Below, piece after piece: positions 61,436-64,000 of a stretch of DNA of 64,000 nt (positions are counted from its first letter, which is position 1; every line of letters starts with the position of its first letter). The notes under the pieces are model-generated. The model had not been told where the DNA came from. It ran no database searches and worked only from the letters and a program-made list of their open reading frames with translations. The position numbers and the translations under genes were made by a program. Source of the stretch: Macrostomum lignano (lineage: Eukaryota). The DNA lies in the NCBI GenBank assembly GCA_002269645.1, contig NIVC01000199.1, positions 124,001 through 188,000 of the forward strand. Reading direction: 5' to 3'.

Positions 61436-62240
61436 TTATTAATTAGCAATTAATTATTTTTGCTACTCGGCACAAGCCAGTAAGCAAATTTGATTTCTAA
61501 AAACTGCTTCGAGTATTACTGATCCCATCAATGGGTATTGTCTAGCTCAATGAAAGTATGAAATTGCTAAACTGCAGACGATGATAAGAGACTGCTGAAG
61601 GTATTGCTAAATGTTGAGTTGTGCAAAAGACTGCCGATATGCATCGAAAATGGATAAGTGAGCCATACAATGCTGGGCAAATTTCTAGATTGTTAAAAGG
61701 ATCATTCATGCAGACCTTCCAGACTTATGAGTGTATAGCTGCAAACTGCTGAGGGAATAACTATCTACAGAGTTTTGTGTGGTTAATAACTGTGAAGGAT
61801 TAAATGCAAGTTGTGGGAATTACTGTGGACTGTTAAGTGAATTGTTGTAGTTTGCTGAGAGGCCAAATCTAGGCCGCTGAGGGTATAAATGCTTAATGTA
61901 ACGTAGGCGTAAGGTATCAGGTTCGAGTCCTAGCCGCGGCGGACAATTAAAATTGAATTTATTCACCTCGAGCCTCGACTAATTGCAACATTTTTGCTTA
62001 ATTAGCAAAGCACACTTAATCAATTATTTTTGCTATTCGGCGCGATTCGCTAAGCAAATTTGCTTTGTAGAAAACTGCTTTGAGTATTACTGATCCCATC
62101 AATTTGTATATCGCCTAGCTCCATGAAAGTATGAAATTGCTAAACTTCAGACGATTCTGCAAAACTGCTGAACGTATTGCTAAATGCTGAGTTTTGCAAG
62201 ACTGCCGATATGTATCGAAAATGGATTAGTGAGCCGTACA
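61436..62240. repeat. Diverged ~560-bp direct duplication
   Basis: 61450-61675 resembles 62020-62240 (AAAACTGCTT.GAGTATTACTGATCCCATCAAT...ATGAAAGTATGAAATTGCTAAACT). Confidence 0.7.
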
Positions 62241-63339
62241 AATTGTAGTCTTCTAAGGATACTGAGGAGCCGGCTGAGAGGAGAACTGCAGACTGCTGAG
62301 TGGATAAATGAGAATCAATTTTTTTTTCGATTGGAGGGGTAGTTCCTCCAGACTTATGAGCGTATAGCTGCAAACTGCTGAGGGGATAACTATCTACAGA
62401 GTTTTGAGCGGATTAAGTGCAACTTTGCTGAGGGGACAGTTCTAGGCCGCTAAGGGTATAAGTGTTTAATGTTCATGAAATTTGTAGACTGCAAAGTGGA
62501 TAAATGCAGACTGCCTAGAGATGACTGCAGTCTGTTTTGCGGCATTATATGAAGGGATAATTTCAGGTTGTTCTGGGGATAACTGCCGATTTCTGGGGGG
62601 TTAACTTCAAACTGCTGAAGTTACTAAACTTCTTGAATAGTAGAAGGTTTATTTCGACCATCTGTCAATAGGCGTAATAGCCGCAGTAGGCAGGCAGTAA
62701 CAGGCATAGACTGAAGGTCGGCAGTTCGAGCCTGAATTGAAGTAGCGAATTTATTTCTGTGACCTGTGACAATATTTACTGTCTACTATACAGATTCCTG
62801 CAGATTTTTTACATTTAATTTTAAATGTACTTTTGCTGGATCTGCGTTAATCTTCTAGAACAGTGCTACTCTGATGTAAATGCTAATTTACAGGAGGTAT
62901 TACTAATCTGGGTGAGCAGCGCTAATCGGGGAGAGCAGTGCTAATCTGACGTACTGATGTGTTCCTTATTACCAGTCCTCAACTGTAATCAAGGAACACT
63001 CACTTCTAGCTCGGTAGCTAGGCAACCCAGTAAGTCAACAGAAGGTATTTAATTACCTTGAATCCTTATGAGATATCTCTTCAATGTGGATCTCGTGTAG
63101 ATCTCGTCTGTAGTTGTGTGAATCTCAGTTGATCTGATAGATCAGGCGCCTTGGTTCTTCAGTTGCTCTGGTCCTGGTTCCTCTTGTACTTCCGATGAAG
63201 TTGTTCCGGCCGGTATCTGTCGTTCGGACCAATAGGAAGCTTCCAAATTAACAATGGGTACCCTGCGCCAAACTGCGGTATCGTCTAAGCCTTCTCTTTC
63301 TAGCAGTGGCTCTATGCACTCTAGGAATAGCTCCGGAAA

Positions 63340-64000
63340 GCTGCTGTCAAAGCTCATGGGGATAATTACTGGAATGCTGTGGCTGTTGGGGGAATTGCCG
63401 AGATTGTTAAAGTAAGGTAAGGGTTAAACCATAAATGAATTGGCCTGTCAAACAGAAAATACTCATTGGGGAATGTCAAGGCTCATGGGGGTATCTGAAA
63501 TATACTGTGGCTCAAGGCTCAGGGGAATTGCTGTGATTGCAAAACATGGGGATATTGCCGAAATTCTGTGCCTCAAATAGGAGTTGCTGAGATATCAAGA
63601 CTCATTGGGGAATTGCTGTGCTGTCAAAGCTCATGGGGTATCCGTGTAATGCTGTACGCTGTGGCTCTTGGGGTATTGCTGAGATGCTAGGGTTCACATG
63701 GGAACGGCTAGGATGTCAAAGGCTCATATGGGAATTAATAAAATTCACGAAATGTCAAGGTTCATTGGGAAATTATTGAAATGCAGTGACTCGACAGGGT
63801 TAGGGTTAGGGTCAGTTTTGATTCAAACATAGAATAACCGCTCTGTCAACCATAAAAGACTTGCTAAGATAGAATTGCTAAGATATCAAAGCTCATGGGG
63901 GGAATCGCTGAGTTACCAAGGCTCATGAAGAAATTGCAGAGATATCAAGGCTCATAAGGGGATTGCTGAATTGTAGGGGAGAGGTGAGTTGGGTTGCTGG
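63340..64000. repeat. Degenerate satellite built on CAA(A/G)GCTCATGGG / GGAATTGCTG
   Basis: The motif recurs at irregular spacing. Confidence 0.55.

Noticed and set aside
63142-63357. 71-aa minus-strand ORF
   Set aside because: Starts inside a degenerate satellite; no recognisable domain or partner exons.
63797-63811. Interstitial telomere repeat GGGTTAGGGTTAGGG
   Set aside because: Only 2.5 units; expected by chance.

Overview
Eukaryotic (invertebrate metazoan) genomic DNA with GT-AG introns, satellites and retroelements; no prokaryotic features. The RTE-type fragments remind me of Macrostomum-like flatworm sequence, but that is unverified. Host genes: (1) a complete 8-exon SUSD2/Mesh-like gene (signal peptide-AMOP-degenerate VWD-Sushi-hydrophobic tail, 1183-11143 +) with satellite-filled introns; (2) three paralogous BIR-BIR-UBA-RING inhibitor-of-apoptosis (IAP) genes: A (-) with a nonsense codon and no RING, B (+) with a nonsense codon, C (+) intact; (3) two paralogous 2-exon orphan genes lying between IAP-B and IAP-C that share an MAVSFE motif resembling a Reaper/Hid-type IAP-binding motif. 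Mobile DNA: a full-length LOA/Lian-like LINE with 13-bp TSD (21541-27445 -), a full-length Ty3/Gypsy element with 1000-bp LTRs and ATAT TSD (45002-53925 -), a 5'-truncated LINE joined to an inverted tRNA-Lys 5' segment inside one 14-bp TSD, tRNA-derived SINEs, Tc1 remnants, a hAT-like MITE and RTE fragments. The best candidate for an undescribed system is the IAP array interleaved with putative IAP-antagonist genes; this is a hypothesis, not a demonstrated result.
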